From: Octopus vulgaris
Taxonomy: Eukaryota
Direction: 5' to 3'
Assembly: GCA_951406725.2 (NCBI GenBank)
Contig: OX597832.1
Location: 24,428,001-24,492,000, forward strand
Length of the DNA: 64,000 nt
Position numbers and translations under genes: made by a program. The notes below the pieces were generated by a model, which saw nothing but the letters and a program-made list of their open reading frames with translations, had not been told where the DNA came from and searched no databases. Positions within the stretch are counted from its first letter, which is position 1. Each line of letters begins with the position of its first letter. This document shows, piece after piece, positions 1-14,909 of the stretch.

Positions 1-385
1 GGAGATTCTCACTTATACCTATGCACATATGTATACATATATACACACGCATACAAACATATACATATACATACACACATACATACACACACATATATAT
101 ATACATATATATATACACTTACACATACATATACATATCTACACATACACATATATGTATACATACACACACTCACATGCATACACGTATACACACATGT
201 ATATATACACACACGACCACACATACATATACACACAGAAAAATATATATACACATACACACACATACTCACATACACGCATACACACACAAATCCACAC
301 ACACACATGCACACACAGCACACTAGTCCCTATATACACATATATACACATACACACATATATACACACACATACATATACATAC

Positions 386-442
<57 letters not shown>

Positions 443-847
443 ACCTATGCATACCTACACATACACACATATATATATACACATACAAATACAGACCCAT
501 TCCCTAATTTTAATTTTATTATCTTCGTTTATTACTTTTGTTATCTTTGGCCGCTTGGTCACAAACATCTTGGCTATGACAGCCAGTCCATTTATCTGTC
601 TACTGGAAAACAAGCACTCATTCACTCACGCACACTCTTTAGCACGTACACTCACTCATTCGTACACTCATACACATACACGCACGCACGCGTTATATTC
701 ATACATACATACATCTACATACATTCACGTATATACACATACGTACGCGTACCTACAGATTCATGTCTACACTCTTAGAAGGCTAGTCTATACATATACA
801 CCAATAAATATAAATACACACACATACACGTACACCTACATACAAAT

Positions 848-910
<63 letters not shown>

Positions 911-1110
911 CATATATATACACATATATACATACACATACATACATACACATATATACACATATACACACATATACACATATATACACACATACACATA
1001 CATACATATACACACATACACATACATACGTATACATACATACATACATCCATACATCCATACATACATACATTTATACACATACACACACCCACATACA
1101 TACATATATA

Positions 1111-1153
<43 letters not shown>

Positions 1154-1571
1154 CATATACATATATACATATATACATATATATTCATACACACACATAC
1201 ACATACATACATACATATACAAATATACGCACACACATACATACATACTCATATACTCATACACGCACATACACATGTACATGCGTACCCATACACACAC
1301 ACACACACGCGCGCGTCCATATATACACATAAGTACACCCATGCGTAAGAGTATACATATATCTATGCTTACACATACACACACACACACACGCGCCTCC
1401 TTATATTCATACTTACATGCATACTCAAAAAATAAGTAAATAGTAAAATATATATACGCGCAGTTATTCATACATGCATACTCAAAAAATAAATAATAAA
1501 TAATAAATATTAAGTATATGTACGTGCAGTTACCTATTATATAGACGGATACATACATATAAACTTACACA
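1..1571. repeat. Left arm of a ~1.57-kb inverted repeat (probably continues upstream of the window)
   Basis: GGAGATTCTCACTTATACC at 1 is the reverse complement of GGTATAAGTGAGAATCTCC ending at 5399. Unique blocks (e.g. 490-790, 1400-1571) mirror 3826-5399. Confidence 0.95.
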
Positions 1572-1580
1572 TCTACTTTT

Positions 1581-2054
1581 TCCGAGGCCCATCCAACGTC
1601 CGATAGCAATTGCAACTGCCCTGATAAAACCACCTGCCCCCTCAACAACAACTGCCTACAGAGGGACCTAGTATATACATGCGAGGTAAGATCAGGCCCT
1701 GACGATAAAAGAAAATCCTACATAGGAATGACGTCAAACAGCTTTAAGACCCGTTGGTACGCACACACACACTCGTTCCGGCGACAAGATAAATCCAACC
1801 AAACTACCCTCGCCGCCCACATCTGGTACCTTAAAAGGAACTCCATCCCCTTCAAGACCAAGTGGAAACTACTACAGAAGGCGCGCTCGTACACAGGAGG
1901 CCATACCTGCTGTGACCTCTGCATATCGGAGAGCCTAGAGATCTTGTTCGCCAAAGGCCCTCTCCTTAACAAAATCTCAGAACACTCCCCAAATTGTATG
2001 CATAAGAAGTATGCGAACTACAAGAACTATAGACCTACCCGGCAACCAGATTGA
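1581..2054 (+). mobile_element. Penelope-like retroelement GIY-YIG endonuclease C-terminal fragment (5'-truncated)
   Basis: Open frame extends upstream of ORF 1728: CNCPDKTTCPLNNNCLQRDLVYTCEV...SYIGMTSNSFKTRWYAHTHSF...LAAHIWYLK...CDLCISE...LLNK..E...CMH. This is a LVY..YIG GIY-YIG motif with the Cys linker typical of PLEs. Confidence 0.88.
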
Positions 2055-2287
2055 TGACACCCCACCCACAAAACCCCCCCAATCCCACCGTTCCCCTAGC
2101 ACCCCCGATTACCTTTTCTCCTAAGACCTTTCACATATTGTATGTGCACGCTTGTATATGTGTATCGTATATATGTATAGAAATGTATGGGTATAGTAGG
2201 ATTATACGCATGTATTATGTGTGTGTGTGTGCGTGTATGTATGTAAAAAAAAAAATATATATGTGTATATATATATATATATATGTA

Positions 2288-2327
<40 letters not shown>

Positions 2328-2746
2328 TAGATGTATGTATGTATATATGTATATATGTGTGTATGCATATGTATGTGTATATGTATGTGTGTATGTATGT
2401 GTATGTATGTATAAAATATTATATAATTAGGGCTTAGTAAAATAAATTACTTTGCCACATACTGAACTTTCTAGAAATAGCAGCCAATAAAGTTTTTTAG
2501 CCTCTTCCACTACTTAGAGAATATTTTCCCTCAGACATTGTTTACTCATAAAAATAATGGTCCTTTTACAACTGAATACTTGGTGAAATTGATTAATAAC
2601 TAATTAACTTTACCCTCAATTGTTGATATATGTATGTGTATGTATATATATATATGTGTGTGTATGTGTATATGTACATGTATGTATATGTGTATGTATG
2701 TATGTATGTATATATATATATATATATATGTATGTATATATATATA

Positions 2747-2795
<49 letters not shown>

Positions 2796-3080
2796 GTATA
2801 TATGTATATATATATATACATATATGTATGTGTGTGTGTATATGTGTATTATGTGTGTATATGTTTATATATATGTATATGTATATGTATATGTATGTGT
2901 GTGTGTATATGTATATATGTGTATATATATGAGTGTACGCGAGTATGTCGATGTATATGTAGGTATGTAGAGTTATGTGTATGTGCAGGTATGTGAGTGT
3001 AGATACAAATTGTAGATGTGTATATATATGTATGTGTATATATGCATGTATATAGGTATATGTATGTGTGTGTGTATATG

Positions 3081-3126
<46 letters not shown>

Positions 3127-3213
3127 GCGAGTATGTAGAGATATAAGTATGTGCATGTGTATATATATGTGTGTATATATATGTATGGGTATGTGTTTGT
3201 GTATGTATGTATG

Positions 3214-3258
<45 letters not shown>

Positions 3259-3765
3259 ATGTGTATGTATGCATATACGTATGTATGTATGTATGTACAT
3301 GTGTATGTATATATGTGTGTAAGTGTGTGTATATATGTAAATGTAAGTGTGTGTGCTTGTATGAGAATGTATGTATGTTTGCACACATGTATATATGTGT
3401 GTGTATGTGTATGTGTATATATATATATATGTATGTATATATGTATGTATATATATATATATATATGTGTATATATATGTGTATGTATATATATGTGTAT
3501 GTGTGTGTATGTGTATACACATGTGTGTATGTGTATGTATGTATGTATATATATGCGTGTGTATGTGTATGTGTATATGTACATATACGCGTACGCTCGT
3601 GTATTTATGTATATGTAGGTACGTAGAGTTATCTATGTGTGTATTTATATGTACATGTGTAAGTATGTATATATATATATATGTGTGTGTGTATGTGTGT
3701 GTGTGTATATATATATATGTATGTATGTGTGTATGTGTATATATATGTGTATATATGTATGTATA

Positions 3766-3825
<60 letters not shown>

Positions 3826-3830
<5 letters not shown>

Positions 3831-4505
3831 AAGTTTATATGTATGTATCCGTCTATATAATAGGTAACTGCACGTACATATACTTAATATTTATTATTTA
3901 TTTTTTGAGTATGCATGTATGAATAACTGCGCGTATATATATTTTACTATTTACTTATTTTTTGAGTATGCATGTAAGTATGAATATAAGGAGGCGCGTG
4001 TGTGTGTGTGTATGTGTAAGCATAGATATATGTATACTTTTACGCATGGGTGTACTTATGTGTATATATGGACGCGCGCGTGTGTGTGTGTGTGTATGGG
4101 TACGCATGTACATGTGTATGTGCGTGTATGAGTATATGAGTATGTATGTATGTGTGTGCGTATATTTGTATATGTATGTATGTATATGTATGTGTGTGTA
4201 TGAATATATATGTATATATGTATATATGTATATGTATATTATATATATATATATATATATGGATATATATGTGCGCGTATATATATGTATGTATGTGGGT
4301 GTGTGTATGTGTATAAATGTATGTATGTATGGATGTATGGATGTATGTATGTATGTATACGTATGTATGTGTATGTGTGTATATGTATGTATGTGTATGT
4401 GTGTATATATGTGTATATGTGTGTATATGTGTATATATGTGTATGTATGTATGTGTATGTATATATGTGTATATATATGTGAATATATATATATATATGT
4501 ATATA

Positions 4506-4548
<43 letters not shown>

Positions 4549-4951
4549 ATTTGTATGTAGGTGTACGTGTATGTGTGTGTATTTATATTTATTGGTGTAT
4601 ATGTATAGACTAGCCTTCTAAGAGTGTAGACATGAATCTGTAGGTACGCGTACGTATGTGTATATACGTGAATGTATGTAGATGTATGTGAATATAACGC
4701 GTGCGTGCGTGTATGTGTATGAGTGTACGAATGAGTGAGTGTACGTGCTAAAGAGTGTGCGTGAGTGAATGAGTGCTTGTTTTCCAGTAGACAGATAAAT
4801 GGACTGGCTGTCATAGCCAAGATGTTTGTGACCAAGCGGCCAAAGATAACAAAAGTAATAAACGAAGATAATAAAATTAAAATTAGGGAATGGGTCTGTA
4901 TTTGTATGTGTATATATATATGTGTGTATGTGTAGATATGCATAGGTACAC

Positions 4952-5000
<49 letters not shown>

Positions 5001-5399
5001 GTGTGTATGTATATGTATGTGTGTGTATGTATGTATATATATGTGTGTATGTGTATATATGTGTATATAGGGACTAGTGTGCTGGGTGTGCATGTGTGTG
5101 TGTGGATTTGTGTGTGTATGCGTGTATGTGAGTATGTGTGTGTATGTGTATATATATTTTTCTGTGTGTATATGTATGTGTGGTCGTGTGTGTGTATATA
5201 TACATGTGTGTATACGTGTATGCATGTGAGTGTGTGTATGTATACATATATGTGTATGTGTAGATATGTATATGTATGTGTAAGTGTATATATATGTATA
5301 TATATATGTGTGTGTATGTATGTGTGTATGTATATGTATATGTTTGTATGCGTGTGTATATATGTATACATATGTGCATAGGTATAAGTGAGAATCTCC
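3826..5399. repeat. Right arm of the ~1.57-kb inverted repeat
   Basis: Reverse complement of 1-1571, differing mainly in microsatellite lengths. Confidence 0.95.
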
Positions 5400-5621
5400 T
5401 TATTTACCTAAAACTCTATCCCCCTTTTTTTATATATATATATATATATATATATTTTTATTTTTTATTTTTTATTTATTCTTCTATCTAATTTAACACT
5501 GACTCCTTGACCACTCCCCCAAGTATGATATTTTGCGCTATGCCTACCCCCAAAATGTCCCCCACCAACACCCCTTTAAACCTGCCTAAATGTATAAATG
5601 CCAATACAATTCTTGTTAACT

Positions 5622-5672
5622 AGCTTCCTGAAGATTTCTCTTGAATGAAACAGTTCTAGTCCTGTAGAAGCT
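5622..5672 (+). ncRNA. Type I hammerhead ribozyme motif
   Basis: AGCTTC-CTGAAGA-TTTC TCTT GAAT-GAAA-CAG TTCTAGTC CTG-TA-GAAGCT: 6-bp stem I, canonical core, GUA cleavage triplet, just before a long (TA)n. Confidence 0.8.
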
Positions 5673-5685
5673 CCTATATAATAAA

Positions 5686-6015
<330 letters not shown>

Positions 6016-6320
6016 AATATACATATATACATATATATATATGTGCCAAGTTGGCTGAGGAAGAATAAAGGAAATAGAGGCAAAACCAAATTGTGTAAGT
6101 TTTGTATTAGAAACTTTTGACAGAAACGGAAGTTTGCAGTTGGAAACAATTCGTATGATTATTGGGCTGAGAGAGTGCTTGAATAGGAGAAACACAAGAT
6201 GTGAAGGAATTTTCCAATTCAAACGGATAAGAAGCTAGAAAATGAACCAGACAAGGAAAAGCGAAGCTGTTTACTAATTCCTCCATCATGTCTGTTCGAT
6301 TCTAGGATTGTAAAGAAAGA

Positions 6321-6553
6321 ACTCTTTTACTCTTTTACTCTTTTACCTGTTTCAGTCATTTGACTGCGGCCATGCTGAAGCACCGCCTTTAGTCGGGCAA
6401 ATCGACCCCAGGACTTATTCATTGTAAGCCTAGTACTTATTCTATCGGGCTCCTTTTCCGAACCGCTAAGTTACGGGCACGTAAACACGTCAGCATCGGT
6501 TGTCAAGCGATGTTGGGGGGACAAACACAGACACACAAACATATACACGCACG

Positions 6554-6635
<82 letters not shown>

Positions 6636-6803
6636 CATATGACGGGTTTCTTTCAGTTTCCGTCTACCAAATCCACTCACAAGGCTTTGGTCGCCTCGAG
6701 GCTACAGTAGAAGACACTTGCCCAAGGTGCCACGCAGTGGGACTGGACCCGGAACCATGTGGCTCGTAAGCAAGCAACTTACCACACAGCCACTCCTACG
6801 CCT
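6321..6803 (-). mobile_element. tRNA-derived SINE family A (internal microsatellite, GTAAAAGA tail)
   Basis: Head GGCTGTGTGGTAAG..GGTCCAGTCCCACTGCGTGGCACCTTGGGCAAGT; many near-identical copies in the window. Confidence 0.85.
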
Positions 6804-7115
6804 AGGAAGATGAAACATTTTAAAATTACAATCACTTAAAATTTGAAATTGCAAGAATTTGAAATACAGAAATTGTAAAGGTTGCGCCTACAATAATTGG
6901 TGAGTAATGATATAGACAAATGATTGAAAGTGACTGAATTGGAATAATCTGTAGAGTTTCCAAACAAACATTACCAGTTAGGAACAAAAAAAGATTATGA
7001 ACACTTGAAAAATTGTTGAAAGCTTGTGGATGTATGTATAAGGTTACAAACAATGACCCGCTACACACATAAATTCTACTAGGAATAAAAACAGACTTGG
7101 GCAAAGTCGAATAAC

Positions 7116-7170
<55 letters not shown>

Positions 7171-7184
7171 TCTTCTATTCTTTT

Positions 7185-7227
<43 letters not shown>

Positions 7228-7335
7228 TAATAATAATAATAATAATAATGATAATAATAATAATAATAATGATAATAATAATAGTAATAATAATAATAAT
7301 AAATTCTTTTATTTTTTTCAATAATTATTATTATT

Positions 7336-7420
<85 letters not shown>

Positions 7421-7423
<3 letters not shown>

Positions 7424-7977
7424 GCCCTGATGCAGTACCAGGCAGTGGCTCTCGTGGCTTCAGATCTTAACTGATTGAAAGTCTTATGAGGTACATTGTT
7501 TTGTCTTGGTATAAAAGATGGGCTACAGCAAATATTCTGCTCAATACTACAGATTTGCTTGTCAGTTGTTTGACCTTAACCAGTTGAGCATGTCCCTTAC
7601 TGGCTGACGATATGTGCATCTCTGATCATGAGCAGAAGTAGTGGGGGATCATCATAGCCATGTGTTGAGAGAAATTCTTTGGCATTTGGATAATTCACCT
7701 TTGGAAACATGGGTGTTTCGTTCAACATCCTTAAACAACTCTTATTCAGGGACCTTTTGAGCGGGATGGGCTACTCGACCAGAAGAAAATTCTAACTAGG
7801 CCCCACCTGCAAGGTCATGCGCTGTTTATCTTGATATGAGATCACCATGTCGCGCACATATGGTTGTGATGCATGTGCCTTGTGTACCCTTATCAGACGG
7901 GTAGTCATGATGGGTATACTGGGCTTCGTATATTTTACCCCAGTGTCACTTTGATGGCATACACTGCTCTCTCACTC

Positions 7978-7980
<3 letters not shown>
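7421..7980. mobile_element. ~560-bp complex insert between (AAT)n arrays; possible R4/Dong-related non-autonomous piece
   Basis: Higher-GC unique sequence flanked on both sides by (AAT)n; no convincing ORF. Confidence 0.4.
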
Positions 7981-8017
<37 letters not shown>

Positions 8018-8619
8018 GGAAGAAGAAGAAGAAGAAGAAGAATAGTTCCAATTATTTTTGAAGAAAAAAAAAGGAAAAACTAGGTATCGTGCAGTTATTT
8101 TTTTACCTGTAATTATTTTTTTCACGTATTGTGAAAATAAATGTTTTAGTAACATCTTGTTTTAAACTTGTTCTTTTGCGCTTATTTACGTGTATGTATA
8201 TATGTTGTTTTATGTACATGAGTGTGTATGTATGTGTATGTGTGTGACAAAAAGTGTTTCTTAGTATGTGTGTGTATGAGTGGGTGTGTCTTTAATTTCA
8301 GTGAAAGAATAAAAGTTTTCTCCATAAAATTTAAAAAAAAAAATGCAACAGTAGCAACAAAGAAAATAGATATAAAATAAGGAAAAAATAAGTACTAGAA
8401 AATTTTTCTTATATAAACAGAAATCGATTAGTTTTCAAAGAAGAAATATTATGGAGAAAGACCTATTGTTACAGAAAGGCTGGTCGGTAGAATTTTGGGA
8501 AAAGATTTTCAAAAAGGAACCACCCTTCCTTAAATCGATTATGTGGTTACACATGCACACCCAGATCAATACTGATATGTACACGCACTTGTTTACATGT
8601 ATACATATAACATGAATGT

Positions 8620-8687
<68 letters not shown>

Positions 8688-8830
8688 ATATATATGTATG
8701 TATATATATACACACACATATATAGGTGGTGTGTGTATGAGTTTGTGAGTGTGTATTTACATATAATATGAATATATATTTACACAAGTGCATTTTGAAT
8801 GCGCGCACACACACACACACACACCCGCAC

Positions 8831-8893
<63 letters not shown>

Positions 8894-8925
8894 CAAAATA
8901 AGCAACAAGGATATCTTCGGTAATT

Positions 8926-9009
8926 TGGTACGATCGTTTCACGCTACATCATTTTATTAAACATTGTAAGTATTACAATAGTTTTAAAATGTTGAGCAAT
9001 CATCAGCCA
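8926..9009 (-). ncRNA. Type I HHR with long stem II
   Basis: TGG-CTGATGA-TTGCT...(ATTGTAA/TTACAAT hairpin)...AGCGT-GAAA-CGATCG-TA-CCA; palindromic stem III ACGATCGT; homologue at 61835-61918. Confidence 0.75.
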
Positions 9010-10049
9010 TTTATAAGGGTTTTCCATTAATACATATTTTAATATTAATTGATAACATTATAGAGAGGGTAGATATATAGACAGAGATGTCGATTTGAAT
9101 TTTAAGAAATTTAGGTAGTAGAGTTTATCTTCAGACTGAAGAATACTTTGAACTGCTAGAAGGTGGGGAAGTATATTCAGTTGAATGGAGACAAAATAGA
9201 TTTTCTATTTATTGAAATAGGGGTGAAATAAATATCAGAAGTTATTTCCAAATAAATTAAAGTAGAGAGGGGGTTATAATGCCCTAGAAGCTGTTTACTA
9301 CTATTTGGCAAACAGATTTTGTATCAAGAAAAACTAGGTCAATGCTAGATGGTCACAATGACCACCTATATACCAAAAAGTTATAGAGAATACAGAGATC
9401 CCTTTATACTTATATACATCAGCTTTATACTTAGCTAGTAGGTGTTGATTATATTGATACGTTGAATTAAAGGAGAAATTATAAATCTAATATTTATTAA
9501 TTTGGGAGAAAAATTTATCATTTATTATGAGTAGACATAATACTCAATAACTGAGGACAAAAGTCTTATTAATAAAGTGAATATATTATATATATTAGAA
9601 AAAATGGAAGAGGAGTAATCAAGATGAATAATTTTTTTAGGCTTAGTAGGAGGTGATTTATTTTTATGAAGGAAAGTAATCAAGAAGAGTAAATTTTTCA
9701 GATTTAATTGATAGTGAATTGTTATTAATGAATTAAATTAAATAACCTGTTAGACATAATATTTACTACCCGCGGAGAAAGGCTAATTAGTTGGGGAAAA
9801 ATATCCTGGGTTAATGACATATTAAGAAATGGAAGTGAGGTAATCAAGATGAACGGAGTAGTTTCCTTAGGGACATAGAATTTATACTATTTAATACAGG
9901 AGATTATCAAAAAAAAAAAGAGAATTTAATTCTAAATATGCAATGAAGTTTTTTTAGTAATCTATGCATGTTGAATTAAAAGCTAGTATGGTATATTCAT
10001 TCTTATTTAGTTAAAAAGAATTAGAATTTGAAAAATTTAGGAATGGTTA

Positions 10050-10290
10050 CAATATTATTATATTGGTGGTAGTGGTGGTTGGAGTTGTAGCATTAGTTTT
10101 ATTGGCTGTAGTAGTAGTAGTAGTAGTTGTAGTAGTAGTAGTTGTTGTAGTAGTACTTGTAGTGGTAGTAGTTGTAGTAGTTGTAGTAGTTGTAGTAGTA
10201 GTTGTAGTAGTAGTTGTAGTAGTAGTAGTAGTTGTAGTAGTAGTAGTAGTTGTAGTAGTAGTAGTTGTTGTAGTAGTAGTTTTAGTTGTT

Positions 10291-10334
<44 letters not shown>

Positions 10335-10381
10335 GGAAGTGACCGTTGGCTGTAATAGCAGCAGTAGAAGACTGTTTGTCA

Positions 10382-10419
<38 letters not shown>

Positions 10420-10460
10420 ACCGTGGTGGTAGTGGTGGTTGGGGTTGTAGCATTAGTTAT
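10050..10460. repeat. (GTA/GTT)n minisatellite with GACCGTGGTGGTAGTGGTGGTTGGAGTTGTAGCA-like units
   Basis: Direct reading; same unit and spacer as 14465-15085. Confidence 0.85.
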
Positions 10461-10489
10461 ATTTACAGCTTGTACTGTTGACAAAAACT

Positions 10490-10975
10490 GGCTGAGTTTC
10501 AAAGAATGTTGGACCAGTTTCGTTTGTGGATCTCTTTGCGGACCGATTCCCATTTTATTTTATTAAAATTCAGGTTGGATAAGGCTTGAGTCCTCCTGAT
10601 AGGGTAGATACCAACAGTTCCTGCAGGACCATACATACTTAGTTCAACGATGCTGTGATCTGAGAGTGCTGTTCGTGTTACCTTCACATAAGATAAGATC
10701 CACATTATTTATGAAGCATAGTTCCAATATCTTGTTTCCCCTGGTTGGCCTGACTATCACTTTCTCCATGAACAGCATATTAAAAAGTTCAAGTAATGAC
10801 TCTACATGCTTTTTTTTCATGCTGTGACATCTCAGAGGGGATGTGGTCTTCTGGCAATTTAACATGTGTGAGACGGAAGTCACCCACGAAGAGTATGCTA
10901 ATGTCCTGATCTAGGTTTGCCAATACTTCTTCGATGTGTTTGAGACTATCATCAAATTTGCCATCATATTTTATG
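10490..10975 (-). mobile_element. Degenerate CR1/L2-like LINE AP-endonuclease fragment
   Basis: Frameshifted pieces PTRGNKILELCF, LSDHSIVEL, NFNKIKWESVRKEI..NW match the APE C-terminus. Confidence 0.7.
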
Positions 10976-10986
10976 GTATATATATA

Positions 10987-12132
10987 CTAGCATTAAAACC
11001 CGTCGTTGCCGGGTCATAGTGCTACTGCATGTATATATGTGTATATATGTATACATATTACATGTACATCTATATATATATACATCTACACATAAACTAC
11101 AAAATACAAAGTTATATCTTGATATCACTAGTGATAACAATACTCAAAATATATAACAGACTGGAATTGTTAGCCCGTCTCTTGTAATTTCGATCAATTG
11201 TATCTTGTCCTCCCTCTTGTATAGAAGTGTGGCTACAATCCAGCCTACCTCTATTTCGGGGTGGGGGCATTTATAATTTTTTCCGGGACGTCCTACGTCC
11301 CAGATATAAAGGTAAAAATAAAATATTTCCACTTTGCAAGTTCGAGTCGAGTACTCCCTTGCACACTCTGTTGACTCGAACCTTGCTTCTATTGTGGCGA
11401 ATTTACCTTTCATAGTCGCACCAAGACACTTTTCGATGGTGCTTTCCTCCATGTGTTCAAATCTTCTTTTTGCTCTACATTGTATACATTATAGACAATA
11501 GTCTTTTCTTTAATTTAATTTTTTATTATCCATCTGGACTATTCCATTTCTGCACGCTAATTTTATTTTTAATTTATTCCCATTCATGTGAAACCACTTA
11601 TTCAAGTTCAAGTCATTGATGCAAATTTATACCAATTGCTATTTTTACTTTTGTTATGTTACGATTATATTATACTTTAGTTTGATTTTAATTATTACTT
11701 ACTACATATAATTCAATTGTTATTATTATTTTTATTGTTAAAGTGAAAGTATCTGACATAAAATAGAGAAACGTTTTTGTTTCACTTTTAACACGTAATA
11801 CTGAAATAGTGGAGAAGATATGATATTGCTATGGGCTCGCTCTAGGTAAGAAGTTGGACATTTTTTTTTTGCCCATGAAACTAAGTAAGGCATGTGTAAA
11901 ATTTGAATGGAATTGGTTGTGTAGTTCTCAAGTTTTAGGGAATCGTAGTGGAGAAGATATGATATTGCTGTGGGCTCGCCCTAGGCAAAAAGTTAAAAAA
12001 TGTTTTGCCGATGACACTCCCCGGACCCTAAGTAAGGCATGTGTAAAATTTGAATGAAATTGGTTCTGTAGTTCTCAAGTTTTAGGGAAACACACAGACA
12101 GACACACATTCTCAGTTTTATATATATAAAGA
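10987..12132 (-). mobile_element. Non-autonomous Helitron with internal cargo
   Basis: Minus strand begins A|TC at 12132 and ends with hairpin (ACCCG..CGGGT) + CTAG|T at 10987; terminal ~130 bp shared with 12201-13023. Confidence 0.75.
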
Positions 12133-12136
12133 TAAT

Positions 12137-12200
<64 letters not shown>

Positions 12201-12201
<1 letters not shown>

Positions 12202-13023
12202 TAGCAGTATAAACCGGCCTTGCCCGGGATTAAGTTACGATTATATAGCTAATCAAGTTCTTTATTTAAAACCAAACTAAGTAATATCGACGTCAAATTT
12301 GGGCAAAATCCGTTGAAATTGGTTATATTATATATATATTATTTATATTATATATGTATAATATAATATAATATAATATAATATAATATAATATAAATAT
12401 ATATGGGCAACAGACACGAACACACATGTACGTACGTACACCTATTGCCTGTTTTGTGCATGCATACATGTTCACAAACAGAAATGAATGGAAAAATGTT
12501 GTTAAATTTGTAGATTAACACTCGCACGATTTTCACTAAGAAAAATAATCGTTTTTTTTTGCGCAGAATCAACTACTCTGGCCTCTTAATATGCTACAAA
12601 ACCCCTTTTGTGGTCCGTGAAACGGAGTGGGTGTGGTGGAAGCCTCGGAAATTGTACCCATTTATATTGTGCAATTCACTGACAAATTGCTACCCACCTC
12701 TTTGTTTCTTTGTTTTTAAATAAATGGATTGTCAACAAAACAGTTTTTTACTCGGCGTAAAATAAAAACAAAACTCTTTCGCACCCAAAGTAATGTGTGT
12801 GCGAGAGAGATGGGGGGGGGGAGAAAGATGAAAGATTTAAAATAAATAAATGATTTAAAATAAATATATTGTAATTGTTGTGTTGAACATTTTTTTTGCC
12901 CATGAAACTACATGGACCCTAAGTAAGGCATGTGTAAAATTTGAATGAAATTGGTTGTGTAGTTCTCAAGTCTTAGGGAAACACACAGACAGACACACAT
13001 TCTCAGTTTTATATGTATAAAGA
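12201..13023 (-). mobile_element. Non-autonomous Helitron
   Basis: TC start, CCGG..CCGG hairpin + CTAG end, inserted A|T in (TA)n. Confidence 0.75.
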
Positions 13024-13049
13024 TATATATGTGTATATATATATATATA

Positions 13050-13228
13050 TTTATTTTTTTTCTCTCCTTCTTTCTGTGTTTTTTCTCTGTGTATCTTTCT
13101 GTTGAAGAGCGTAGGCTCGAAACGTTAAAGACTTGTTTTATTTATATTTCCTGAGCGCCATACTAATACAATTGTTCGTTTGTTTTCCACCTGCCTTCGT
13201 CTTTTGTTTATTTTCATAAAGCTTCCCG

Positions 13229-13230
<2 letters not shown>
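13050..13230 (+). mobile_element. PLE-tail mini-element with A6U HHR (13094-13131)
   Basis: TCTTT-CTGTTGA-A-GAGCGTAGGCTC-GAAA-CG-TT-AAAGA; the element ends in (TA)n. Confidence 0.75.
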
Positions 13231-13267
<37 letters not shown>

Positions 13268-13841
13268 CCGAGGATGGGACAGCCTGGAAAGTTCCGAGGT
13301 TTTTTGTTTATATTTAACATTCGCAAAAAAAATCCCTCCTTTTTCTATAGGCTACTTCTGACGTTATAGCATATGGTGTTTTCTCAAATAATATTAATAG
13401 CGTTTAATAAATCACTATAGATATCCATCATTTTCTGTTAAAATGTCTTATTGACGAGTTTCATTTCTTCACTTCCCTGAAGAGAAGATTACATTGCTTT
13501 ACACCATTTATTCCCTTGGAATAATATCAGTGAAATCTTCTAAACATGTGTCGGAAGTAAAAGTATTTGAATAATACCTGCGTTAATCTCCATTTATATA
13601 TATATATATATATATTTGAAAAAATGTGTAACGATAAGTAGCATTTTCGTTCATGTTTTTCATACATACACACGCACACATATATTTATAAAAAGTGTAG
13701 GTGGCATACGAATGGGTGTATATTTATAAAAAAGAAGTTTGAAAACGCCACTTTATAAGATAAATTTTTATTTTCTGAGAGATTTTACATGTTTTAGTTC
13801 TTGAAAAAACGAACCTTATCAAAAAAAAAATAAAATAAAAA

Positions 13842-13992
13842 GGCTGTGTGGTAAGTAGCTTGTTTACCGACCACATGGTTCCGGGTTCAGTCCCATTGTG
13901 TGGCACCTTGGGCAAGTATCTTCTACTATAGCCTCGGGCCGACCAAAGCCCTTTGAGTGGATTTGGTAGACGGAAACTGAAAGAAGCCTGTC

Positions 13993-14061
<69 letters not shown>

Positions 14062-14310
14062 CGTATGTATATACGTATGTATGTGTATGTGTTTGTGTGT
14101 CTGTGTTTGTTCCCCTAGCATTGTTTGACAACCGACGATACTGGTGTGTTTATGTCCCCGTTACTTAGCGGTTCGGCAAAAGAGTCCGATAGAATAAGTA
14201 CTGGGCTTACAAAATAATAAGTCCCGGGGTCGAGTTGCTCGATTAAAGGCGGTGCTCCAGCATGGCCGCAGTCAAATGACTGAAACAAGTAAAAGAGTAA
14301 AGAGTAAGAG
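13842..14310 (+). mobile_element. SINE family A
   Basis: Homologous to 6321-6803. Confidence 0.85.
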
Positions 14311-14464
14311 TATATATTTTTTAGAAGTTAAGTGGAATAAAAGAAAAGTTTATAATTATTTCTTGCTAGTTTCAACAGAGTCCACGTGGTGGCGTTTTAT
14401 GTGTGCAAACATAATGGCTGTCTTTGTGCGTTGACTGAGAAGTTGAAGAATGAAGAATGAATCG

Positions 14465-14785
14465 TTGGCTGTAGTAGCAGTAATAGTAGAGACTGTTGGT
14501 CATCGTAGTAGTAGTAATGACCGTGGTGGTAGTGGTGGTTGGAGTTGTAGCAGTAGTAGTAGTAGTAGTAGTGACCGTGGTGGTAGTGGTGGTTGGAGTT
14601 GTAGCAGTAGTAGTAGTAGTAGTAGTGACCGTGGTGGTAGTGGTGGTTGGAGTTGTAGCAGTAGTTTATTGGCTATAGTAGTAGTAGTGACCGTGGTGGT
14701 TGTAGTGGTTGGAGTTGTAGCAGTAGTAGTAGTAGTGACCGTGGTGGTAGCAGTGGTTGGAGTTGTAGCAGTAGTCTATTGGCTA

Positions 14786-14821
<36 letters not shown>

Positions 14822-14874
14822 AAGAAGTGGACGTCACCGTTGGCTGTAATAGCAGCAGTAGAAAATTGTTTGTC

Positions 14875-14909
<35 letters not shown>

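Noticed and set aside
9010-10040. AT-rich stretch (and ~15150-15960) resembling a decayed retroelement ORF
   Set aside because: Only isolated weak motifs; family not assignable by eye.
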